DNA of 64,000 nucleotides, from the NCBI GenBank assembly GCA_965228855.1, contig CBDDIJ010000005.1, forward strand, positions 928,001 through 992,000, written 5' to 3'. Position 1 is the first letter of the stretch. Each line of letters opens with the position of its first letter. This document shows, piece by piece, positions 30,245 through 38,859 of the stretch. The DNA comes from Candidatus Obscuribacterales bacterium. GTDB taxonomy: Bacteria; Cyanobacteriota; Vampirovibrionia; Obscuribacterales; Obscuribacteraceae. The notes beneath the pieces are model-generated. The model saw nothing but the letters and a program-made list of their open reading frames with translations, did not search any database and had not been told where the DNA came from. A program made the translations under genes and the position numbers.

Positions 30245-32221
30245 CTAAGCGAAACTCGGTTTTAATTCCGGCGGCGGACCGTCGTCTTCCGGTTTTACAT
30301 TTGGAATTTTGATTTTGATTTCCTCTTCGACTGGCACCGATGATGGTGGCGCGGTCGGCGGGTCATCCATCGGCGAAGGATCGAGCGGCTCGTTGTTGGC
30401 GAGCTTGCGATTAACTTCAGCCATGATTGCGTCGACTTCGGCTCTCTCAAGCGTTTCCTTCTCGAGCAGCACACGTACGATGGCGTCCATGTGCGGTCTG
30501 TGCGTAGCGAGCAAATCTTTCACGCGAGTGTATTGCTCACTGACGATTTGGGAAACTTCGTCGTCGATAATCGAAGCGACGTTCTCACTGTAGTCACGCT
30601 CGTGACCGAAGTCACGTCCGAGGAAAACATGCTCATTGCGCTTACCGAAGGTTTGCGGTCCGAGTTTGTCACTCATACCGAACTCGGTCACCATGCGGCG
30701 AGCCAGCTTCGTGCTCTTCTCGAGGTCGTTCTGCGCGCCGGTCGTAACGTCACCGTAGACAAGTTCTTCAGCGACGCGGCCACCGAGTGCGACACCGATG
30801 AAGTCGATGAGCTGGCGCTTAGTTCTCGACAGCGCATCTTCATCAGGCAAGTACATCGTGACACCAAGGGCGAAACCACGAGGAATAATCGTAACCTTGT
30901 GAAGCGGGTCTGAGTGCGGCAGAAGGATGCCCATAAGAGCGTGACCGACTTCATGATACGCCGTCATCTTCTTCTCTTTTTCGGAGATGATGCGTGACTT
31001 CTTCTCAGGTCCGAGACTTACTTTGTCGATCGCCAGTTCAAGATCGCGCATGTCGATTTCGCGCTTGTCCTTGCGAGCCGCCTGGAGTGCGGCTTCGTTC
31101 AACAAATTAGACAGATCGGCACCGGTAAATCCTGGTGTTCTCTTTGCTAGTATTTTTACGTCAACGTCCTTCGCGAGCGGCTTGCCGCGACCATGCACGG
31201 AAAGAATCTGTTCGCGACCGAGCACATCAGGCGGATCGATTACGACCTGTCTGTCGAAACGACCTGGTCTCAAAAGCGCCGAGTCAAGGATGTCCGGTCT
31301 GTTGGTCGCAGCGACCACGATGATACCGGTAGAGCCTTCGAAACCATCCATCTCAACAAGCAATTGGTTGAGAGTCTGTTCGCGCTCGTCGTGACCGCCA
31401 CCGAGACCGGCGCCACGCTGGCGACCGACTGCGTCGATTTCGTCCACGAAGACGATACAAGGAGCATGTTTCTTAGCCTGGTCAAAGAGGTCTCTAACGC
31501 GCGATGCGCCGACCCCGACGAACATCTCTACGAAGTCGGAACCGGAGATGCTGAAGAAAGGCACGCCCGCTTCGCCGGCGACGGCTTTCGCGAGCAGCGT
31601 CTTACCGGTACCAGGAGCACCGACGAGCAGCACGCCGCGCGGTATGCGCGCCCCCAGCGCCTGGAACTTCTCAGGATTCTTCAGGAAATCGACAATCTCT
31701 TGAAGCTCTTGTTTGGCTTCGTCGATACCTGCAACGTCGCTGAAACTGACTTTGACTTTGTTGTCGACCATGAGTTTGGCGCGACTGCGCCCGAAGCTCA
31801 TAGCCTGATTGCCGCCCGACTGAGCGCTGCGGAACATGAACAGCAATCCGATGATAACGAGCACCGGCAAGAAGAATGAACTCAGCATGCCAAACCACAT
31901 GCCGGTTTTGTCTACATCTTTTGCGATAACCGTTATGCCGGCTTCATTGAGTTCCTTGATGAGCGACTCCTTCGCTTCAGTGGGAACGATAACCGGTTTG
32001 TCCTTCGGATCTTGTTTGAATTTGACGTGAATGATTGGATCGCCATTCGTGACGGTGACCCGTTCGATTCCCGAAGAAGGATTCTGCAGAGTTTTAAGCA
32101 GACCCGAGTAAGTGATAGGTTCATCTTTGCGGCTGATATTGGTCAGCGAAAAGACGAAAACAACCAACACTAGTAGTAAAACAAAAACGGCCCAAGTTGT
32201 ACCGTATTTCCTCATCTGCAT
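30245..32221 (-). CDS. ftsH: ATP-dependent zinc metalloprotease FtsH
   Basis: 2 [47 protein letters not shown]. Confidence 0.98.
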   Translation of the reverse strand: MQMRKYGTTWAVFVLLLVLVVFVFSLTNISRKDEPITYSGLLKTLQNPSSGIERVTVTNGDPIIHVKFKQDPKDKPVIVPTEAKESLIKELNEAGITVIAKDVDKTGMWFGMLSSFFLPVLVIIGLLFMFRSAQSGGNQAMSFGRSRAKLMVDNKVKVSFSDVAGIDEAKQELQEIVDFLKNPEKFQALGARIPRGVLLVGAPGTGKTLLAKAVAGEAGVPFFSISGSDFVEMFVGVGASRVRDLFDQAKKHAPCIVFVDEIDAVGRQRGAGLGGGHDEREQTLNQLLVEMDGFEGSTGIIVVAATNRPDILDSALLRPGRFDRQVVIDPPDVLGREQILSVHGRGKPLAKDVDVKILAKRTPGFTGADLSNLLNEAALQAARKDKREIDMRDLELAIDKVSLGPEKKSRIISEKEKKMTAYHEVGHALMGILLPHSDPLHKVTIIPRGFALGVTMYLPDEDALSRTKRQLIDFIGVALGGRVAEELVYGDVTTGAQNDLEKSTKLARRMVTEFGMSDKLGPQTFGKRNEHVFLGRDFGHERDYSENVASIIDDEVSQIVSEQYTRVKDLLATHRPHMDAIVRVLLEKETLERAEVDAIMAEVNRKLANNEPLDPSPMDDPPTAPPSSVPVEEEIKIKIPNVKPEDDGPPPELKPSFA

Positions 32222-32560
32222 CTGCTCCAGTAGCCTCGTCCTCAGATTATATCATGATTAGATCACGCCGCAATCGCTGTAGCAATCGGGTTTTCCGCGA
32301 TTCATGACATCCCTTTCTGGAGGCTTTGTAGTACCGGGAACGCCAGTTGTTCAACCTCTTCCAATGAGACGAACCGCTCCCAAACGTGTCAATTCCGACT
32401 GACCCAGTGACGTACACTAATTACTGTTGTTCCGGCGCTGGTCAATCATTCGAACAATCAAAACTCATTGAATTGAAACGTCACATTTAGCGTTATAACA
32501 GACTTCCAGACCGCCACCCGGCGGTCCTTAATTAATTCATCAAGTTGCAAAGCCCTCTTT

Positions 32561-34093
32561 TCAGGCCCAAACCGCATCGCCTGATGTAGTGAGGTCCTGG
32601 AGACTCAAGCGATGTGTCGGTCCGTCTGCAAAACGCAACAATTCACTTATGCCGACGCCGGGCACCCATAAAACTTCATCCGAGTCGGCAAGGACCAAAG
32701 TGTATTTGAGCGGCGATGGCTCGTGCGTGTGCAGGTACTTCTTCAAGCGCACTTTCTTGGTCATGCCGAACGGCTGAATGATGTCGCCCGGTCTGCGCAA
32801 ACGCAAAACGAGAGGTCTCTTCGCCTTTTCAAGATCGACGAGAACTTCCATAGCGTTCGGCGCCGGAATGCCACCATCCGTTTTCAAGTCTTCGGGCACT
32901 AGCTTTTCGACGCGCAGGCTCTTATCCAGCCAGCTTACAATGTTCGTTCTGCTTTTCGCGTCGCCCTCAGGAAAGTTGATCGTTGTTTCCTGCCGCAACA
33001 AGAAGTCTGAGGGTGTCTCGTCGAGGGCAATTTGTTGCCAGCGCAGCTTGTCGCGGTCGATTCGCACTTCCCATTCAACTGACAGCGTGAGCGCTTTGTC
33101 GACACCACTTAAGATTGTCAAAACATTCTCTACTCTCTCGAAGGTCGGTTCGATCGCACGAGCCCTCAACATCCTTGCGATAATGCGCCTCTTGAGCGCG
33201 ATGTGCAACTCCGAAAACAACTTAATGCGCAGGAACTCGCCCCTGGTATCAGTGCCACCAACTGTTGAAAGCGCTTTTTCTGTTTCGCTCACAAGAAAAT
33301 CTTCTTGCTCTACGAGTATCGATCTGAATCTTTCCATGCGGTTTTTCCAACCTGGAAATTTCTCGTCGATGTTCGGTATTAATTGCGCTCTTATATAGTT
33401 GCGAGCATAATGCAAGTTTTCGTTGCTGCTGTCAAAGTGCGAACCAATTTGCTCGATTGCGAGAAACCGCTGACAATCAGCTTTTGTGACAGTCAACATT
33501 GGACGCACCAGATAGATGTTGCTATCGCGAACAACTTCTCTACGCGTCTCCATGCCAGTTAAACCGGTCGGAGATGTACCGCGAAACAGGCGAAACAAGA
33601 GCGTTTCCGTCTGATCATCCAGCGTATGACCGGCAACAATGATTTGACAATCGGTTGCGCGCGCATGCTCATATAAAAACCGATACCGCAATTCGCGCAG
33701 CACATTCTCGGAAACTGCGATGTCCGCGTCTTGTTGGCTGCCAAAATCATCCAGGCGGTAGACGTTGAATTCGAGATTTAGATCAGCGCATAAGCTCGTA
33801 CAAAACTCTTGGTCCAGATCCGATTCCAGACCGCGCAAACCGTGATTGATGTGACAGACACTGACGTCCCAGCCCATCGGCTTGGCAAGTTGTGACATCG
33901 CGACCGTCAGCGCCGTAGAATCAGAACCACCCGACAACGCAATCAAAATGCGCCTGCAATCAGGCGCGACCAGTTTTGCCACCTTAAGAGCGCTTATCTC
34001 GTGCGACAATCTCGCTGCCACGCGAGCAACGAACTCAAATTCGCCGATGTGATTTTCAACAGTCATCGAGAATGACCTTATACCCGGTTCCAC
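32561..34093 (-). CDS. tilS: tRNA(Ile)-lysidine synthetase
   Basis: ALSGGSDS PP-loop, HINHGLR, HTLDDQTET, YARNYIR, C-terminal TilS domain. Confidence 0.95.
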   Translation of the reverse strand: MEPGIRSFSMTVENHIGEFEFVARVAARLSHEISALKVAKLVAPDCRRILIALSGGSDSTALTVAMSQLAKPMGWDVSVCHINHGLRGLESDLDQEFCTSLCADLNLEFNVYRLDDFGSQQDADIAVSENVLRELRYRFLYEHARATDCQIIVAGHTLDDQTETLLFRLFRGTSPTGLTGMETRREVVRDSNIYLVRPMLTVTKADCQRFLAIEQIGSHFDSSNENLHYARNYIRAQLIPNIDEKFPGWKNRMERFRSILVEQEDFLVSETEKALSTVGGTDTRGEFLRIKLFSELHIALKRRIIARMLRARAIEPTFERVENVLTILSGVDKALTLSVEWEVRIDRDKLRWQQIALDETPSDFLLRQETTINFPEGDAKSRTNIVSWLDKSLRVEKLVPEDLKTDGGIPAPNAMEVLVDLEKAKRPLVLRLRRPGDIIQPFGMTKKVRLKKYLHTHEPSPLKYTLVLADSDEVLWVPGVGISELLRFADGPTHRLSLQDLTTSGDAVWA

Positions 34094-34245
34094 CTAACTT
34101 GCGACGCGATCCTAAACGATCGCAAAGTGGCGCAGGGAAATCCCTGATTATTTGCAACTTTGTGCAAAATCGCAATAACTTGCGTTATCCTAGCAATTAG
34201 ACTGATTATTCGGCTATCGGCTCAAGCACCAATCGGAGACCGTGA

Positions 34246-35022
34246 GTGAAGGGTTGCAAATTTATCGCTGTTGCTCTGGCATTGTCGTTAAGCGCTCCGT
34301 GCGCTTTTGCCAATGAGCCGCTCAAAGGCGGCGTCGAGGAAACAGGCACGTTCGAGGAGCCCCGTCAGCAAGAAATCATGGAGATGCCCACGCCCCAACT
34401 CGCGCCACAGAAGGGCGACCTGGACTCCAACAAGCTCAACGGCAACGTTAAAGACGACACTTTAAAAGGGCAGGTTGACGACCAGGGCGGCGAGGATATG
34501 ACTGCAGGCGTGCCGCAGAGTGATGGCAGCGAGCGCCCGCTTTTGCGCGGCAAAGCTGCGCTCGATGGCGAGGGCGGATACTCGGGAGACGACCCGGATG
34601 CTGATGATTCGGAGCTTCAAGTAGCCTGGGACAAGTGGCGCAACAAATTTCTCTGGGCGGTTCAGTCCGGTGTTCAGGAGTCTTTGAACAATCCGGACGA
34701 TGAAAACTTGCGGTGGGATCCGCAAAAACAGGCAGTGGTCATGCGCTTTCCGTTGGGAACAACCGCGTGGTTTTCAGCAAAGGTTGACAACAATCGACAT
34801 GTCACAAGCGTGAAAATCATGCACTCGTCTGGGTTCCCAGGTTACGACAGAGCGGTGACAGAAGCGGTCCGCAATCTTGAAGGTACGACCATTCTTCAGT
34901 TTCCCAAGCGGTCGCGCCGACCGTTCATCACGCAAGCAGCCGGGATTAAAACTTCAGATCAAGGCGGCAACCAGTTCTTCAAGTTCGGCGATGTAGAGCG
35001 CTACCGGACTGGCGGGTATTGA
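34246..35022 (+). CDS. secreted protein with TonB C-terminal-like domain
   Basis: Signal peptide AFA|N; acidic linker; VKIMHSSGFPGYDRAVTEAVRNL. Confidence 0.7.
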   Translation: MKGCKFIAVALALSLSAPCAFANEPLKGGVEETGTFEEPRQQEIMEMPTPQLAPQKGDLDSNKLNGNVKDDTLKGQVDDQGGEDMTAGVPQSDGSERPLLRGKAALDGEGGYSGDDPDADDSELQVAWDKWRNKFLWAVQSGVQESLNNPDDENLRWDPQKQAVVMRFPLGTTAWFSAKVDNNRHVTSVKIMHSSGFPGYDRAVTEAVRNLEGTTILQFPKRSRRPFITQAAGIKTSDQGGNQFFKFGDVERYRTGGY

Positions 35023-35039
35023 TATTCAATTCGAAAAAA

Positions 35040-35113
35040 TGGCATGGGGCAGAATCGAACTGCCGACCTGGCGGTTATGAGTCGCCCGCTCTAACCTTCT
35101 GAGCTACCATGCC
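35040..35113 (-). tRNA. tRNA with CAT anticodon (Ile2 or elongator Met); CCA not encoded
   Basis: GGCATGGTAGCTCAGAAGGTTAGAGCGGGCGACTCATAACCGCCAGGTCGGCAGTTCGATTCTGCCCCATGCCA folds as a cloverleaf; G1-C72 pair argues against initiator; TTGACA promoter upstream. Confidence 0.95.
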
Positions 35114-35245
35114 GCGACTGAAGTTGATTATCTAAACCATTAAGGCTTGGTGTCAAGCTTAAATCGAAGTTATGAAATTAGGTCACGGGCTTCGAGCGCC
35201 GATAAGATGGCATTATTCGTTCCACTTTGCAGGCAGACAACAACC

Positions 35246-35521
35246 GTGATTATCATTTACGAAATTGCCGTTATCGGCCTTCTAGTTTCCTTCGTAGTGT
35301 TCTGCGCGCGTCCGCTTTTCGAGGCTCACGCCGACAGAATTCGTTCTCAAGCAGAAAGAGACGCTCAGAAAAACAGCCCCAATAAGCTTGAAAGCAAAGT
35401 TGCATTCCTGGAAGCAGAGGTCCTGGACTTGCGCCAGCAACTCAAGGGTCTTCAAGAATCCAATGAATTCGCTCTGCGCCTGGCAGAGGAAGGCGCAAAC
35501 GTTTCCCGAGCGAAGTCGTAG
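35246..35521 (+). CDS. small TM + coiled-coil hypothetical protein
   Basis: Likely GTG start at 35246; TM then heptad LESKVAFLEAEVLDLRQQL. Confidence 0.65.
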   Translation: MIIIYEIAVIGLLVSFVVFCARPLFEAHADRIRSQAERDAQKNSPNKLESKVAFLEAEVLDLRQQLKGLQESNEFALRLAEEGANVSRAKS

Positions 35522-35609
35522 CAATTAGCTGAGTGCAATTTTGCCCACTTGCTTCGCACTCGCCTTCAAAACGAGCGCCACCGCATACAGTGGCGGCCGC
35601 CAGCCCTGA

Positions 35610-36359
35610 TTAGTTTTGATGTCCGTTTCTGCAAGCGGCGACGAACTCATCGAACAATGGCTTGTTCGTCTCGTAGTCCCGCTCCGGATGCCACTGCACT
35701 CCAATCACAAATTTTCTATCCGCGAGTTCAACAGCTTCAGGAACTCCGTCATCCGAATGTGCGACTATCTTCAAACCTTTGCCCAGGCGGTTTACAGCCT
35801 GGTGGTGCGAAGTTGAAACGCCAATTCTGTCCTTCTTATATATCTGATAGATCTTGCTGTCTTTCTGGACGACCACATCGTGATTGTTGAAACCCACTTC
35901 CCATCCGTTCGGACTGGCGTGAGGAACTTGCGATTCTGGGAAATGTTTCTTGATATCTTGCAACAGCGATCCACCCAGACCAATGTTTAACAGCTGACAA
36001 CCAAGACAAATTCCGAGAATCGGCAAACGCGACTCTTTCAAAGCCTCGTCCAGGAGCAGGAAATCGAAACCTTCGCGACGCTCGTCGATCAGTTTGACGG
36101 TTTCATCTTGCTCTTCACAGTAACGTTTAGGTGAGTAGTCCGCACCACCGATGAACATCAATCCATCGATTCGGCTGAGCACGTGACGCAAGTCCTCATC
36201 GGACAGAGGCGGGATCATTACCGGGATTCCGCCACTTTTGTGAATCGCTTCCAGATACGGAATCTGCAACGAAGCCTCCGGCGGAGGACCGACTCTAAGA
36301 TCGACGTTGATACCAATAATTGGCTTCATGTTTTTTGACTCCTTGATGTTAACTGGCAT
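35610..36359 (-). CDS. gamma-glutamyl-gamma-aminobutyrate hydrolase family (peptidase C26) glutamine amidotransferase
   Basis: KPIIGI, GICLGCQ, STSHHQAV, GVQWHPE. Confidence 0.93.
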   Translation of the reverse strand: MPVNIKESKNMKPIIGINVDLRVGPPPEASLQIPYLEAIHKSGGIPVMIPPLSDEDLRHVLSRIDGLMFIGGADYSPKRYCEEQDETVKLIDERREGFDFLLLDEALKESRLPILGICLGCQLLNIGLGGSLLQDIKKHFPESQVPHASPNGWEVGFNNHDVVVQKDSKIYQIYKKDRIGVSTSHHQAVNRLGKGLKIVAHSDDGVPEAVELADRKFVIGVQWHPERDYETNKPLFDEFVAACRNGHQN

Positions 36360-36500
36360 ATACGCCTTCTCAGAGTCATTGAGACTCTACCAGTCACCAA
36401 CACTGATACTCTACAATCTCTGCGTTTATTTATCGAGTCCTGAAAGCCGATCGCGTGATATCTTAGTCAAGTTTTTATCCACATTCCTGAGGAGATATCC

Positions 36501-37190
36501 ATGGGTCTCACAACTTCTGCGATCGAAACAGCCGTAGGCGATCTGCTAAAAGCAGTCGGAGCCTGGAGAACGGGACATTTCCTTTTGACCAGTGGACTGC
36601 ATAGCGATCAGTACATGCAATGCCAGAGAGTTATGCAGTACCCGCAGTTTGGAAACCTACTGGCGGACTTGTTAGTGGATAAACTTTTTGAGAATGGAAT
36701 CAAACCAGATATCGTTGTCGGACCGGCTCTCGGTGCGGTTCACTGGGAAGTGTTTGTCGCGTCGGCACTCGAGCGCAAGCGTCATTCGAATCTCAATGAC
36801 TACTTTTTGACAGCTGACTCGGTGGAGAAAGCAATCGAGCAATCGCATATCGATTCGATGGTCAAAGCTGTATTTGCTGAAAGGGCAGCAGGTTCGGACG
36901 AGTTTTCCATTCGCCGAGGAATCGAACTTGAGAAAGGCGTAAAAGTCTTTGTAGTCGAGGATGTCACCACTACTGGTGGCAGCGCGCGTAAGGTTGTCGA
37001 GCTGTTAAAGACCATGGGCGCCGACCCCGTTGGAGTCGGAGCGATCGTCGATCGAAGCGGAGGCTCCGCAAAGTTTGACGTGCCGTTCATCAGCTTGTTG
37101 AAACTGAGTCTCGCGACATATCAACCGGATGCATGCCCGTTGTGCAAAGACGGCTCAGTAGCAGAGAAGCCGGGAAGCAGCAAAAAATAA
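36501..37190 (+). CDS. pyrE: orotate phosphoribosyltransferase
   Basis: GHFLLTSGLHS, VVGPALG, VVEDVTTTGGS PRPP motif, CPLC...KPGS tail. Confidence 0.93.
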   Translation: MGLTTSAIETAVGDLLKAVGAWRTGHFLLTSGLHSDQYMQCQRVMQYPQFGNLLADLLVDKLFENGIKPDIVVGPALGAVHWEVFVASALERKRHSNLNDYFLTADSVEKAIEQSHIDSMVKAVFAERAAGSDEFSIRRGIELEKGVKVFVVEDVTTTGGSARKVVELLKTMGADPVGVGAIVDRSGGSAKFDVPFISLLKLSLATYQPDACPLCKDGSVAEKPGSSKK

Positions 37191-37196
37191 GCAACT

Positions 37197-37589
37197 TCAT
37201 TCGGAGTGCCTATCATCGCGACGAGCATCCTCACGATGGGCGTTAGCGTGCTTTCCCTTCACTTTGTTCTTTGCCTTTTTCCAGGTCTTACTTGTTCGCA
37301 CTAGTGAAAAACCGCCTCCGCGCGCGGCGCCTGCGGCAGCACCGCCCATGGCGCCGCCAGTAACGATACCGAGTCCGGTGCCTATGCCGGCGCCGAGAAC
37401 GGCAGCTTTAGAGGCTTTCCTCAGCCGTGGGTGACGGTCGAAGAAACTGTGAAATCCTTTGAGAGCGTATACTTCTCCGGGCGCTTGATTCGCTTCTGCT
37501 TCGAGCGATGCGACAAACGTCGCTCCTGCAGCGCTCATGATTGTTGATACGACTAATAGAAACGCAATGTGTTTCGTAAATTTTGTCAT
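37197..37589 (-). CDS. small secreted glycine-zipper-like basic protein
   Basis: Signal peptide; GAGIGTGLGIVTGGAMGGAAAGAARGG. Confidence 0.7.
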   Translation of the reverse strand: MTKFTKHIAFLLVVSTIMSAAGATFVASLEAEANQAPGEVYALKGFHSFFDRHPRLRKASKAAVLGAGIGTGLGIVTGGAMGGAAAGAARGGGFSLVRTSKTWKKAKNKVKGKHANAHREDARRDDRHSE

Positions 37590-37735
37590 CGGCAGAACCT
37601 CTGTGTTTCCGCCGCACCACTTGATCTATTGAATAAATAGCGCACGAGAGGCTGCCAATAGAACTTTTGCGCCTTTCGGTTTACAAAACATTGTGTCCTT
37701 TAGCTTGCAAATAGTTCCGTGCAATTAGCGAACAG

Positions 37736-38788
37736 TCAAACGCCGAGCTTTGTTTTGATAAGCCTCTTGGTTTTCGGGAAACAGCGACTCAAGTCGTCGG
37801 CTTTATCGTCACCCTGCCCAAGCAGGTCAGCCGCCAGATCGTTACAGGTTTCCTTCCGCCCCCATTCGTCATCCTTGAGATAGGTCGCAAGTTTGTCGCG
37901 GTAAGAGTCTGGGACGATAGCTTTTTCAGCTTCGTATTGCTCTTTTACTTTCGGGTCGCTAGTGAAATTCCACGATTGATCCAGCACCTGGAAGCACATA
38001 TTAAAAACGGTATGTTTCAGATCAGTTGCCGGCCGGACATTCCCGAGATTCGTTCCAAAGCGCAGTTTCGGGCGCTCATACATGTACATATCTTTTCCGT
38101 AAATTCGACCTGGAACTTCAGCGAGTGTCGGTGCCTCCGACTGTTCCTCCTTTTCAAGATCTTCCATAGATTCAGGCCACTTATCAATTAGATTCGGGGC
38201 AATGTGGATAGTCGCGGTGCTTTCGTCCAGCTGCTTTCTCAGATGCGGCGGCAATGCTGCGACGGCCTCTCGAATCGCTCTGAGCGAGTTGGCGCTGACC
38301 TGAGGATGGCTGAATTTCGGTGGTTCAACATAAATGCGGTCCTTCAGCCCAGTAATCGGAGCAGGTTTGTCGTCAGCGGTTGCGACGGGTCCGCCGACCA
38401 CCTTCACAGGGGGAGGCATAACCGGTTTGGTCGCGACGCCAGCAGGTGCACTGGCTTTTGCTTTCGCGATCGGCAGACTTTGCTTGGCGATTTTGGCATC
38501 TTCGGAGTTCGCGAAATTGTTTATCAAAGTCTCGTAGCAGCGAACCGCACGCGCATACTGTCCGTTTCGCAAGAAAGTGTGTCCGGAGAGAAGCCAAACC
38601 CTTGGAGTCCTGAGCCCTTGAGCCACCGCCAGACCGAAGTGCTCTTCAGCAGCATTGTAATCGCCGGCATAGTAAGCCTTGCGCCCAATTTCGAACTCGT
38701 CTTCGCCGGCGGCAAAAACCGCAGAAGGAAACAGCATGGCGAAAACAGGCAAAAGCACCGCCAGTCCGCCCACAGCCGACTTCTTCAC
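37736..38788 (-). CDS. secreted TPR protein
   Basis: GGAGG RBS, signal peptide, N-terminal TPRs, Pro-rich linker, unassigned C-domain. Confidence 0.8.
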   Translation of the reverse strand: MKKSAVGGLAVLLPVFAMLFPSAVFAAGEDEFEIGRKAYYAGDYNAAEEHFGLAVAQGLRTPRVWLLSGHTFLRNGQYARAVRCYETLINNFANSEDAKIAKQSLPIAKAKASAPAGVATKPVMPPPVKVVGGPVATADDKPAPITGLKDRIYVEPPKFSHPQVSANSLRAIREAVAALPPHLRKQLDESTATIHIAPNLIDKWPESMEDLEKEEQSEAPTLAEVPGRIYGKDMYMYERPKLRFGTNLGNVRPATDLKHTVFNMCFQVLDQSWNFTSDPKVKEQYEAEKAIVPDSYRDKLATYLKDDEWGRKETCNDLAADLLGQGDDKADDLSRCFPKTKRLIKTKLGV

Positions 38789-38859
38789 AGTTTCTCCTCC
38801 CTTTTTATGGAATTCCTAGAAAACCATACCCAGGTTTTTCACGCTCTATTCGACTAAAC

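Noticed and set aside
30309..31879. Several + strand ORFs opposite ftsH (and the 10407-11042 ORF opposite ppk2)
   Set aside because: Antisense shadows of conserved, codon-biased genes.
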